A DNA stretch of 64,000 nt, from positions 9,701 to 73,700 of the forward strand of contig DAOPYQ010000008.1 in the NCBI GenBank assembly GCA_035352955.1, read 5' to 3'. Within the stretch, counting starts at the first letter, position 1. Every line of letters begins with the position of its first letter. The stretch comes from Candidatus Omnitrophota bacterium (GTDB lineage: Bacteria; Omnitrophota; Omnitrophia; Omnitrophales; Aquincolibacteriaceae). This document shows positions 60,801-64,000 of this stretch, piece by piece. Below the pieces are notes generated by a model. The model was given only the letters and a program-made list of their open reading frames with translations. It did no database searches and was not told the DNA's origin. The position numbers and the translations under genes are program-made.

Positions 60801-63800
60801 TCAACTGGATACCGCCGCCCTGATCAATAGCCTTGCCCAACTCTTCGGGAGCGGGTAAGAAGAAATACTTTCTTTCCGCAAGAAGTTCTTCGTAGGCTTG
60901 TTTGGCAACCTTGAAACGATCATCCCCGGGCTTTATCACGCCAGGGACCTTCGCCCGGACACTCTCATAATAAAGCCCGCGAACGACCATCAGCTCGTTC
61001 TCTAACATCTGCTCTATCATGGACTTCACGGCGGTTCCCGCCGAAACATCGAGGCTTGAACGCTTCTCTTTCCGGGATTCCTCGGATCTCATGTCTCTTT
61101 CCGGAGCAGATACCCTCGCCGTCGCCGATACGTTTTCTGCCGGAAGAAGATACGGCAAGAGCCTGGGAGTAAAAATCAATGCGCCGCCGAGGGCTGCCCC
61201 TACGGCAAAAGTGATCCATCCCAAATAAGCCGCGCCCGTAAGAATGGCCACGGCTCCGCCCGCGTTCGGCGCGATAAGCGCAACAAGATAAAGGCCCGAA
61301 AGCCTGAAAGGCTTCGCAATCCCCGCCAACGATTGGGCATTGACCTCGGGGAAGAAAAACTTCATGGCTTTCCAAATCGGGACAAGCACTGCAGCAAGCG
61401 CCGCCAAAAAACCGATGTGCGCAATCGCCGCGATCAATTCCCAAACGCCGGAAAGCTTGTCCGCCACGACTTGTCCCACGGAGCGGTCCGCCGCCTTTTC
61501 AACAGACCCCGGTACGGTGATGCTTTCCCGCTTCTCGGCGCGGAATGCCGCAAACAGCTTGGCGCTCTTCTCCTCCGCGGTAAGTTTGTTCGCTTTTTTG
61601 TCACTGGAAGGGTCTTCAGTGACCCGGCCATCCTCATAAACGGTAACTCTTTTCTTCTCGCTCGACACCACAAGTTTCCCCGGTTTTGAGGTATCGATCC
61701 GGAACGCGCCGTAAATCGTAGGCTTGTTAACCGGCGTCACATCAATGACAGAAATATCGCTGCCAACGTCCGCAAAGGACAAAGCAGCGTTCTCGCCATA
61801 CGGTTTGCACATTTGCCGGAACTGCTCAATAAATTTTGTCACAAATGCGGGCGTCGGGACCCGGACAAGCAGCGGACGAACTTCCGGACCCTGTTCCCGG
61901 AATGCCGCGACGTCGGCGCTCTTCCACTCCATTTCCCCCGTTTCCACTTTCGCGGATGTAACGCGGATGATCAACTTCTGAGCACCGGCCTTCGACCGGA
62001 CATCGAAAATGGTAAAACCCGGAAAAATACCATGACCGTAATAGGCATCACTAAACTTTCTTGAGAAATCGGCACGCATTTCTTCGAATTTCTTTTCTTG
62101 CGTTTTCTCAAGCCAATACGAATACGCCCTCATATGCAGCGCGTCAAAAAATTGGCCGTAGTTGCGGTGTCCGGTCAGCATCGTCTTGAGCTTCAGATAG
62201 AATGCCCCGGTCGGACCTTCCTTGTCGTAAACGGACCAAAGGGCCGAGAGGATCTCATCTGGATAGAGCTCAGCCAGGCCCATCCGGCGGGTCATATCCG
62301 CCATGATCGCTTGCTCATCCCGCAATTCCGCGCGCCAGGCCCCATACGGGGATCCGTCATAACCGGTCTGGCGGCTATTGTCATCTGCATCAGACGCATT
62401 GGACGCTTCCTCGGCCGCCCTTGCCGCCTCGGCAGCGAGCTGGTTATCAAAAGACTGCAGAGCTTCGCTCGACCGGGGATCCCCGATCTTCCGCAATTCA
62501 GCCGCGATCATTTTTCTGAACGCAGGGGAATTTTTTTGATTCTTCAGCCTTGCGACTAATTCAGGCACACTCTCAGCCCCGCGAAATTCCACCAGCGCAG
62601 GAACCGCGGCCATACGGACATACTCGAAAGAAGAATCCAGCCCCTCCGCAAGCTCGGCCCACGCGCCCAAGTCTTTCAATAAGTCAGCGGTGGCCTCGCA
62701 AACACGGTAGTCCGGATACTTCAAATTGTTCCGGAGCCGGGGGATCACAGATTCCGGTGATCGTTTAAATTCAGGCAGCAAGTCCTGCAACAAGTGGGTC
62801 ACCGCGATTCGCACGCGGCCGGCATCATCATTTAAGGCCGCCGTCAGTTCAGGAATGGCCCGGCTTCCGTCACGCTCGCGAAGTGCCCAAAATGCCGCAG
62901 CCCGAAGATCTTCATAGGGAGATTTTTTTTGTCCGGCAAGAATATCCCACTGCTTTTTCTGAAAAAGTGCGGGCACCGCGATTTCCCGAACCCGTTCCTC
63001 ATCATTGACCAGTGCCAGGCTGAGCCCATGCAAATCATTGAGTTCTTTGATGCCCTCTACCGCAGCTCTCCGGGCTTGCAGGCTATCATCGGCTAAAGCG
63101 CCTTCCAGGAGAGGCAGGGCTTTGGCTCCCTCCGTTTTAACAAGTATCCGGAGGATCTTCTCACGGATCATTTCCGCTTTCAGGCCCATTTTGGATGGCT
63201 TCCAGATCTTCATCAGTCGGGGTCCCACGGAACTTCCGATCTCGATCAATCGGGCGGCAGCCTCGCTCGAATATTCCCAATAACCGAGTCTGCGGATATT
63301 CCATTGAACAGGATCTACGATCCTCAATGCCAAATAAAAAATCCACCTCATTGTTTTGACAAAAACGGTGATGACCGATGTGGCGACAAGCGCCAGAATG
63401 CCTGCCATCACGGCAAGGGTGAAGATTCCGCTAAAACCCCAGACCCCGAAAAACGTCACCGCCGTCATACTGCCAATAAAAATCTTGCCGAGCGAACGAT
63501 CCCACATATATTGATCCCAAAGCTTAACCAAAACAGGCGCTTCCTTCCGCTTCTCGGCGCGAGGAAAGAAAAAACCTTTTTCCGGAGCAGCAGGTTTGAC
63601 GTCGGCCAGAACCCAAACTCGCAAATCAGGCTTTGTGAAAGAGATCGCGTAAAGAACGACCGCCGACGGATCCGCTTTTGCCCGGGCAAGAGCTGTTTCG
63701 GATTGGATCGGCCCCCCGTCTTTGACGCTTAAAATGAATTCTTCGGGCGTCCGATGGTTCAGTGAAGTTTGAATGGCCTGAAGGCCGGTCGCATAACGCC

Positions 63801-64000
63801 AGGTAACATTGTCTACCTGACGGATCGCTTCCGGCATTCCCGTAAGGATCCCGTGCTCGAACTTTCCGTCCTTCATTGCCTTCGTAACCGCTTGATAGCG
63901 CATCGCGGTAATCGAGCGGAGCACTTCGGCTTTAAAAGCTGACAGAAGATCTTTTGTGAGGTCAACAGGATATTGACTGGAACCATAGCCGAGGCGATTC
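42832..64000 (-). CDS. Giant multidomain membrane protein, at least 7,055 aa, 5' partial (continues beyond window end)
   Basis: One uninterrupted frame with a stop at 42832. The track start (GTG 63924) is not the true start: the same frame through 63925..64000 reads NRLGYGSSQYPVDLTKDLLSAFKAE with no stop. The in-frame modules are listed as separate features below. Confidence 0.8.
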   Translation of the reverse strand, partial: NRLGYGSSQYPVDLTKDLLSAFKAEVLRSITAMRYQAVTKAMKDGKFEHGILTGMPEAIRQVDNVTWRYATGLQAIQTSLNHRTPEEFILSVKDGGPIQSETALARAKADPSAVVLYAISFTKPDLRVWVLADVKPAAPEKGFFFPRAEKRKEAPVLVKLWDQYMWDRSLGKIFIGSMTAVTFFGVWGFSGIFTLAVMAGILALVATSVITVFVKTMRWIFYLALRIVDPVQWNIRRLGYWEYSSEAAARLIEIGSSVGPRLMKIWKPSKMGLKAEMIREKILRILVKTEGAKALPLLEGALADDSLQARRAAVEGIKELNDLHGLSLALVNDEERVREIAVPALFQKKQWDILAGQKKSPYEDLRAAAFWALRERDGSRAIPELTAALNDDAGRVRIAVTHLLQDLLPEFKRSPESVIPRLRNNLKYPDYRVCEATADLLKDLGAWAELAEGLDSSFEYVRMAAVPALVEFRGAESVPELVARLKNQKNSPAFRKMIAAELRKIGDPRSSEALQSFDNQLAAEAARAAEEASNASDADDNSRQTGYDGSPYGAWRAELRDEQAIMADMTRRMGLAELYPDEILSALWSVYDKEGPTGAFYLKLKTMLTGHRNYGQFFDALHMRAYSYWLEKTQEKKFEEMRADFSRKFSDAYYGHGIFPGFTIFDVRSKAGAQKLIIRVTSAKVETGEMEWKSADVAAFREQGPEVRPLLVRVPTPAFVTKFIEQFRQMCKPYGENAALSFADVGSDISVIDVTPVNKPTIYGAFRIDTSKPGKLVVSSEKKRVTVYEDGRVTEDPSSDKKANKLTAEEKSAKLFAAFRAEKRESITVPGSVEKAADRSVGQVVADKLSGVWELIAAIAHIGFLAALAAVLVPIWKAMKFFFPEVNAQSLAGIAKPFRLSGLYLVALIAPNAGGAVAILTGAAYLGWITFAVGAALGGALIFTPRLLPYLLPAENVSATARVSAPERDMRSEESRKEKRSSLDVSAGTAVKSMIEQMLENELMVVRGLYYESVRAKVPGVIKPGDDRFKVAKQAYEELLAERKYFFLPAPEELGKAIDQGGGIQLIDAAIRGHQEKAQTVRAELRGGAFFDAVRLDQLMGPDVELAGPVGIEVAQLLQAAGVRYVEDFGRKTASRSLQDGSQLTGPEAEREEWRRFQAQSPEERAAAWGESERAERREGKSRKPNAKAGQIMEADVVTMGQVLDILEKKGEFTGFVAVMLEASQGALVAMAAQRVQDFVVSLQMSLLVDPSQPPTRPFPSIAVISDGHKQTIRELSPNAFWGLFGEDLIAEGPFVVSAIAAELLRGESPKAALANILGSRAELREIVATRVVNPPSENKRLTFEQGVKLLERLAGSKEVSLAMLTGYPSAPLTFVSARVRKNRLEMFTTSGPGGFRPYQTSSRTIFVVEPKDGTLLLVPQASDRGLALPRASARDFRAEVRSEEKFRNLVQKGEYQKAVEALEASTASVPEIMQERGLTYDYFDQLTDSLRPDTVHDVKSMGWGSKSYSVSFRDPVKLADDKLAVRAVIEKVSRAGEETIQVVLYGARPGDEVARFDIEKSGIAQETIDLKTNPFELRRTMALLRLAFDTTHPEYRSKRFEKLLSFYSNIGKVENDRNRDFEGAMEYFKTEILAKAAAENPNAALALFRQLYLPYVLQFIPPRIYEKLAADLRGSDHPTLNQMGNDIASENELLFLENDLKSRSQATREAAVDKIVALAKAGKIRRAPLSLESNNHVHGKDSYSPFYPEEIVYRAWRAGLQTVGLIDHYTLAGAERFLAAAKKFGIKATVGFEIQVNSKGTPLEGKEINYPGAKTIYVLVHSIAQLRDPALQKMLRDSRREKAERYVKMINGDGNTTEGIIAKLHNQLGIELKGIGPENQDKVFDYKRDVDPFAEREEGDDFGNVLDRHLGKALAIAMKADETTENMRKIFEALPEGEQTALKKNYENYLKTQKAYQKALAAGDTTPMVMDDALEFMRGVFMKPGAKFSCLILPNDIECPSIKTISDYGTAARGLFAIAYLGSAKGTSVTEEQRLLLDRKLISAYRAAGALVIVFAIMPQRNDNDDRKNASASARDEKARIGSGVDINRADQPIREPRGGVTSPPWFKKGDSNYDPQVGIDFEKGAGLFVANEIFGRAGYGLQSELLKKLLPGKTEEEGANLRFDFLAWAGMMSFEELQEVEWVLGQSWHRDMFVSALVSAWRAELRETGATEQDALTASQYQSLADIFNGVLARKGSAETFTADEVRNVARVFRASNLTEAPKVAEKFYAVLTLEEALAVNRVIGTSIARRGNTIAGAIDAAALSVSLQHKPVRLPALKETPASGKSGFSGVFARVVAAVTPALNAIRLKEIVPRLKLGMDLTLQEYAIYLRSGDVAIQSLPTLAHHYTVYRMPYHDIYFEAIVGLEGLRISRSHGKEQIFLKDRQPALYADVLALLEQKASRAEKRLSNLTPRSNAARGIAFTALFMSAFLSFAEDLVVRTTSYDPGRVSGTGTIGFVVSGTNAASFKAVAFVLGSNALTGERTPVTSDEMTIVPGQTNTISFTDSAMLTEPLRFHRVALTPVDPFDFTAGWTSLEAVSVIVTNGTVLIQRNDAKKAGSALWALTPNKPASEAASLRLTTLAPELSQEGQAANIQVLVYGLKGSRERVLGTYMYPVTATTRGFDIPLDAIDPALPLTRVEIMLAKNCNLKTLTITAADFVARSAAAGPLDATVRRSELRKDAGAGASETTAKIAERWKKIRYMETDPEGVKLKTEAGEKGEGFLRNAQAQIRKVAEQIRLDPRILEKLLQFTKVIRVRIPLTLDEGGETQYIDGYRIGHAPYRGPYKGGIRFALGVNESMIKALATEMSVKNAIAGLPYGGGKGGVAINPKELSVKELARLMRGYVAECLKQDPNAFGPLSDVPAGDVGTTSREMGWFADEFLKIKNPELFDNDAFRAALAEEDETALPYLEYYMKHYYGQRHIDRSEGSPVATVTAKPEGKGGAAGRTPATGLGLYYVTREALKIYGERLGIGAGVAGQRIAVEAYGNVGSYAARSFYDNGAHVMAIKEFVDGQSVAVAAVKDTGLDLNALDKHLAERNADGTSKKNTILTYAKAHPEDARVESIEDFWASDVTVLALAAKEKTVNKDIAKLIRAKIISEGANGPLENDGSEQILLDKGAIILPDVATNDGGVAFSSLEWRQNNIGELWPEVAGNGLMEDKVVSAFYDISRVSESQKITLREAAYQIAISRIVDAMLAADPDLAAPFDEAHPSYVMDTGAKRWRPETLAELNEVDSTEKRLELIRRADRAMQQKLDALVEEAIDELPEERGSVILIGGPRASGKPELGNLILAKLRERGINANILDLDYQTVEDVSRALQGHKITTRLENGTNGEVLQLAPNEILVVHGYDALGDRILGLVKAMGGQAFPVMAYSSPDILLAGNWALTAYDLRLMRDMLSSLALGEEETVQEVLRRWKWQRVSETEAVFATWKNAKHAINTYMPYELPFLKPLLTPLIDAAIRQEESPDRDVGFTQSILRHKDEGFTLSVLRHIEGLLKGVKGWDVSLLKGNYDSLLWEYVQHYAPRRVAPFEVTLNAQRPQHSEGIGNGFSAFLVETFPGTPAKAQIRILGEQQDKKENNNLTLEEGETKIISVGKRGVGAGQYEDVSVEINVVRVDPVKQPVSGKYEGTVTLKVKPLYDIPWATFLDRRAERRAEVAASAAGAGALDAELAQMEDKRAALEARIAAKMKLLGDNLPSSVQAFNLMDLRRDLRNVEKRIASRKSLLAAGKTTRVTGEVVVPAADVNADFGARIAKRHGTRKMSDRRPVAFDGTVLVGTDGTVSDILDADLGARSDIAGTFDDSSRAERRSVAGVAKPLPVSLPWALDGVLSPSQDYQSQKIGEISTGGTLEQELAQVGFSGDDDEKAKKRKIFETAFSRLVSQNGLVKEAYSAAGAVRAIEFARNIPMVSEFSNGGRTLWVMGDYDPAGKRVRLSESVFGTEGLDEKTTEAAVLFVEALLYQESIQAFLASREVAAGATTEEMFLTEQVFLLMNVLDYLIVQDVENPGVQAVSPFQNVLDRFLPAMEKRDGFSPAIRNLLGEYRKNYLDPEGAMHVVKSYVAKLFGKAQIPEINGKEFLDLFEKLGDHYRELGDYRNATHAYFKGIEFSTTDPERKRNLRGKLTDAVNLFHQNIPADKKATFKGILESPGANLDEFWKALNDVTLIRELVYIPEALVITSSRYDQLRTTYDILSLLEAHRRTSEGGLKAFFDQRRGQEAPLDADAVDKLDKAYHIVESNDYTDKKTQPLKKILWLTAFLQHYARIFLNDEATDSWLIIPQLLQTLDIFKEDEERDLIYSLVTLQRNFSTLHFGEGSPTWLRRSIDSMRERWQEVQAHLQDKNAVAGPAKAKSGAKHPRWGDWVEVPLVNKDHADLKGVRLPPLLDEALAPTKPQGLSIRARLEELLKTKTMFEWFPRVESGTDSRKDRDIFKKYPNKTVSQHTLELIEFLDLIEKGDLDTFNKLKKGIKFNQAQFDLYRKAFQEIIRYGTDGDAAKVAKRRNLFYLTVFFHDIGIGLGAGNHEDIGAGLIAEAAILQTMGYSSEEVEEVLWLIRFHVDLGTIEFGERSTQNLFYGNYPAPFGKERQYLRTLALLNSLDVLATREGEAMSREKLEFFLRVFQEDDFLNRFNQGFFWHRIRKFASNGQSHISKATFDEAKQAIDALQREYPAEYQKFYDFFNNPEEASTLDYSIFFLQSLNAETLVRLLFFVSLAVLKARETAGKPDIHRINFTAPSGVAPFSKEPIEEIFGSDAFSFGAIITLTQRPFEEIRMALKDFGLDIAIKTVDGVPVFEFGNRKLSERNRYFKIAALQAATYVLSRFASVATDAHIRNFAFLQDLSKFSSFAHIEGSWPAVRLFEGFLGEGKQAFEIARAWEPYEKKGLLEVAEKKVQQAQEKVQALTADHNRLQEEIAADVQAIHSVTAQVNSLRENGGRAGIPEKQREKQRLEKDLGDKQDRLLEQKRAAEVANQREIELSEVFKELQNISAQGDFESFVDFMRTVNFKNAIFNFRKIKSRDPRSLIRLLYMLSKLSEKSAVAKVFDLTGQKTFGPGEVETVNFSTAADRVAGDSNYEALYNAILQGLAAHDMAAIKRIAGQSEPARKFSRILGLGENGIFYDVTEARRMLVVNLEPKYGETHVGPRAERRASNAITLALMLGVAAFFTAEVVSARGFGISAQATEAPATNKVSRQERRSSEWTEGLPVLADASSSITNAGQWLFPAAAVAGVAIFVFAVYSHARHILEEKRKEADRSGKSSLQGPGKKTRSAGGETSHRAEIRSGDMTRREFSLKGIWAAAFLGGAAKAKAGIFSSLEDEIRKGTRLGYFERTAWTRSDKKPEPAEALADLKRISNLNLGAFPAAAKNVLAQSHYADSCDILVKALASSGDSETNELVRAVESQYIEKNQLENLDVAARAIVVTELRNVSRNTTDKAKRAWAQGLLRELRDAYGVSLDEAGFEMISATGSTQQMKFFINRYVEEALKGRVTNDGDLNGFAPWYTKRIEGIKDPSDENTEGNREDDKGFNFLTYQLEQIMDGKGGWIIRAERRGSTSVTLPIDEGKESVDLQAGKGAKKEEKSFHPQAQTVSVAGHLPVLSGPAGILQIALASNSSQHRKELRSTAEAVSRAQAIADINGIRRDIGLLIIHREVEHPFSGHVEILVEHLMALEKDTILAAEQLRSAALNLLRVARKDVETNRFEDPEAGTPVYKEQAAFYTAVLDQAINRIQGLHVQNGSVLNPGWAALAVAIGSEGASTLITGVKTTGDRLAFHELLSLGASQALAPALFQKAVRAPRGDVRLRAEKRDEGAVIRYQSPTGAVIALSGTTVVVSGPVQRDSGNRIVFASLPGTNGSTVVLFDYGAFDRGESPWVMTVGGKEQPLSAAAEKFIVSTARKERRVGDDLWIADVAGDSAAAAQEVDVAFERQLAMLRAREFVANVAEDPDLAAAEADAAMTRQLERSRRQMAANVTGDIEMAIAGVEARGRQRRIPEASVLRAERRSDGARYRISHKIPLAIIEGTPPQVIGNPNEAWQDDRGVDGYGIDGTVDYKGRILFGIFKFQGRRYVVLFDPAQDPSIKDRWFVKGVTDDDRLEIVETSQDLEAAAENFKRTKLVGQKPQSAVPTVVVGAPAAISPMTPAASASHAMSPVAAVVSKEPVLIGNKLVTRGKNSFGVIVYFDPKNPTEPLFTFKTQPEPTPEEMPGVISEVQKWFSGHLEVKRLQAAAKLKKETGQVQNGSFLPDDSMASPKVPSQPVVLATVIRKIDGRDVNIEVVYTAPGGYSVRAVQNKADKDKYGEIRPATLAEVIRDPKALAEELAVKDPAIKAEIRQADGAYKLAVEKAQDRERAAAAAKKLENAPALSAPKTNKKGGDQNSHAIYSQDHPMEYVLKMIAAHYPRGTQEYADASRVWGMLAAEFPHLVGKKVGEQNTNDKKTGNLRDILDKVQQLSKEQQFFKVLTWVTGGMIVTAVASFAFLSLMAALSVVLITMTLGFGLIHSVDSRRAKLLKAGEVQALKPLEEVLSEEVAWREMQPLTGEAVTKGSRGFSIPADETKFIASLDGVSITPSLLSRIRATDPALHKQLLMALRHWILENEEASAGKRAPNLPANVKLFEKADAHFQIFLGKRSERRSKVSQTEGIQAEVPQTVAIPVAATRAVIKEVATSSSPASIRLPSPGFSGTVGSVPAKGPSRNEVRTSILPATTIRELMTVERLELIRYYYFNIIPSRLIEELDELGGKEAIVRTLQELVGIPVGYAADDTAYSSVLHSLIPGEEPLYISRPVSVGALTVTDSSVQTVKNPRGTLAIGQDLMTEYLSQNPTALYYLLKMFMTEDGQTSLVTVGSPALISEIRKKIQSKDVVPASELGSLGKVLEALEKQSILRVEPMRAGETTEAAVLNRLGASTRGGITTLHLTAAQMAGLADGAHFAFGEKIGAEDLAVASALAMPLKSLADLIASIPDAQMRGDLLKNFVAENLPEVRANGTNGFIISQIAKLAQQFVEMKLVARAA
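48880..49230 (-). other. Long coiled-coil segment of the giant protein
   Basis: EKKVQQAQEKVQALTADHNRLQEEIAADVQAIHSVTAQVNSLRENGGRAGIPEKQREKQRLEKDLGDKQDRLLEQKRAAEVANQREIELSEVFKELQ. Heptad-like, charge-rich. Confidence 0.5.
50120..50460 (-). other. HD (HDIG-type) metal-dependent phosphohydrolase domain in the giant protein (approx aa 4490-4600)
   Basis: SQHTLELIEFLD...LFYLTVFFHDIGIGLGAGNHEDIGAGLIAEAAILQTMGY...VLWLIRFHVDLG shows the H...HD...H...D pattern of HD domains. The FHDIG motif is encoded at comp ~50320..50334. Confidence 0.65.
53900..54100 (-). other. P-loop-like module with degenerate Walker A (GPRASGKP) in the giant protein (approx aa 3290-3340)
   Basis: SVILIGGPRASGKPELGNLILAKLRERGINANILDLDYQ...EILVVHGYDALGD resembles nucleoside/nucleotide-kinase P-loop proteins. 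Pro replaces the Walker-A Ser/Thr. Encoded at comp ~54001..54040. Confidence 0.4.
54440..55650 (-). other. Complete glutamate/leucine/phenylalanine/valine-dehydrogenase (GDH) catalytic + NAD(P)-binding domain embedded in the giant protein (approx aa 2760-3160)
   Basis: YIDGYRIGHAPYRGPYKGGIRF...LPYGGGKGG (Gly-rich catalytic-Lys motif, comp ~55396..55413)...DVPAGDVGTTSREMGWF...GIGAGVAGQRIAVEAYGNVGSYAA (Rossmann)...ILPDVATNDGGVAFSSLEWRQN. Order and spacing match canonical GDHs. One ~45 aa insertion follows the REMGW motif. Confidence 0.75.
58540..58800 (-). other. PHP-like metal-binding module of the giant protein (approx aa 1708-1795)
   Basis: HVHGKDSY (HxH...D) encoded at comp ~58768..58791. 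Then LIDHYTLAG and GFEIQ...IYVLVHSIAQ. This is the pattern of PHP-domain metal ligands. Only about the N-terminal half of a PHP fold is recognisable. Confidence 0.45.
62450..63050 (-). other. HEAT/PBS-lyase-type repeat region of the giant protein (approx aa 290-490)
   Basis: Repeated ...D..VR..A..AL..[LI]...A[IV]P.L...L.D... units: ARRAAVEGIKELNDLHGLSLALVNDEERVREIAVPAL, DLRAAAFWALRERDGSRAIPELTAALNDDAGRVRIAVTHLL, EYVRMAAVPALVEFRGAESVPELVARLKN. Coordinates are approximate. Confidence 0.55.

Noticed and set aside
1-64000. CRISPR arrays, tRNA/rRNA genes, IS elements, integrases
   Set aside because: By eye I found no regularly spaced direct repeats, no tRNA T-arm/GTTCGAATC-type signatures, no rRNA-like conserved blocks and no transposase or integrase motifs. 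A covariance-model scan would be needed to exclude small RNAs in the 4.5-5.0 kb gap.

Overview
This is a 64 kb window of bacterial chromosome at roughly 55-58% GC. The genome is compact, with many 1-4 nt ATGA/GTGA gene overlaps. The ORF track counts ATG, GTG and TTG as starts, so several listed first residues are not Met; I re-derived starts by hand where possible. About 45 of 47 genes are on the minus strand. Only a two-gene block (a SurA_N chaperone and lpxD, 11669..13369) is on the plus strand.

Left to right, the window holds:
- dnaG (3' truncated) with cvpA, a MiaB-family methylthiotransferase and rsmE.
- A cold-shock protein and an HU, both with K-rich features, followed by dnaE, guaA and a CBS-less IMPDH-family gene.
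- folE, mrp, a CPBP protease and ridA.
- A late-step menaquinone (futalosine-type) cluster carrying MenG/UbiE, an MqnE/C radical-SAM enzyme, MqnA, UbiX-, UbiA- and UbiD-like genes. The cluster is interrupted by a GNAT and a partner-less PAS histidine kinase.
- rluD, lgt and lspA, plus a Cys-poor DksA/TraR protein with a histone-like K/A tail.
- An HD-GYP/REC/GAF-kinase signalling module.
- ileS, a purine nucleoside phosphorylase, yggT, proC and yggS.
- A GldG/DUF4340 ABC-2 transporter operon and tyrS.

The outstanding object is a single open reading frame of at least 7,055 codons (complement 42832..>64000). It still has no stop at the window edge. It carries several membrane-helix blocks and, in one frame, these recognisable modules:
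- HEAT repeats
- a PHP-like motif
- a complete glutamate-dehydrogenase catalytic domain
- a degenerate Walker-A module
- an HDIG phosphohydrolase domain
- a long coiled coil

I also describe a recurring GC-rich palindromic intergenic repeat family, with consensus about GCTCAACGCGCA / CGTTGCGCGTTG. Copies of it bracket the only plus-strand block. Several promoter, hairpin and homopolymer observations are listed below. I found no rRNA, tRNA, CRISPR array or obvious mobile element. All assignments rest on motif recognition by eye, not database searches.
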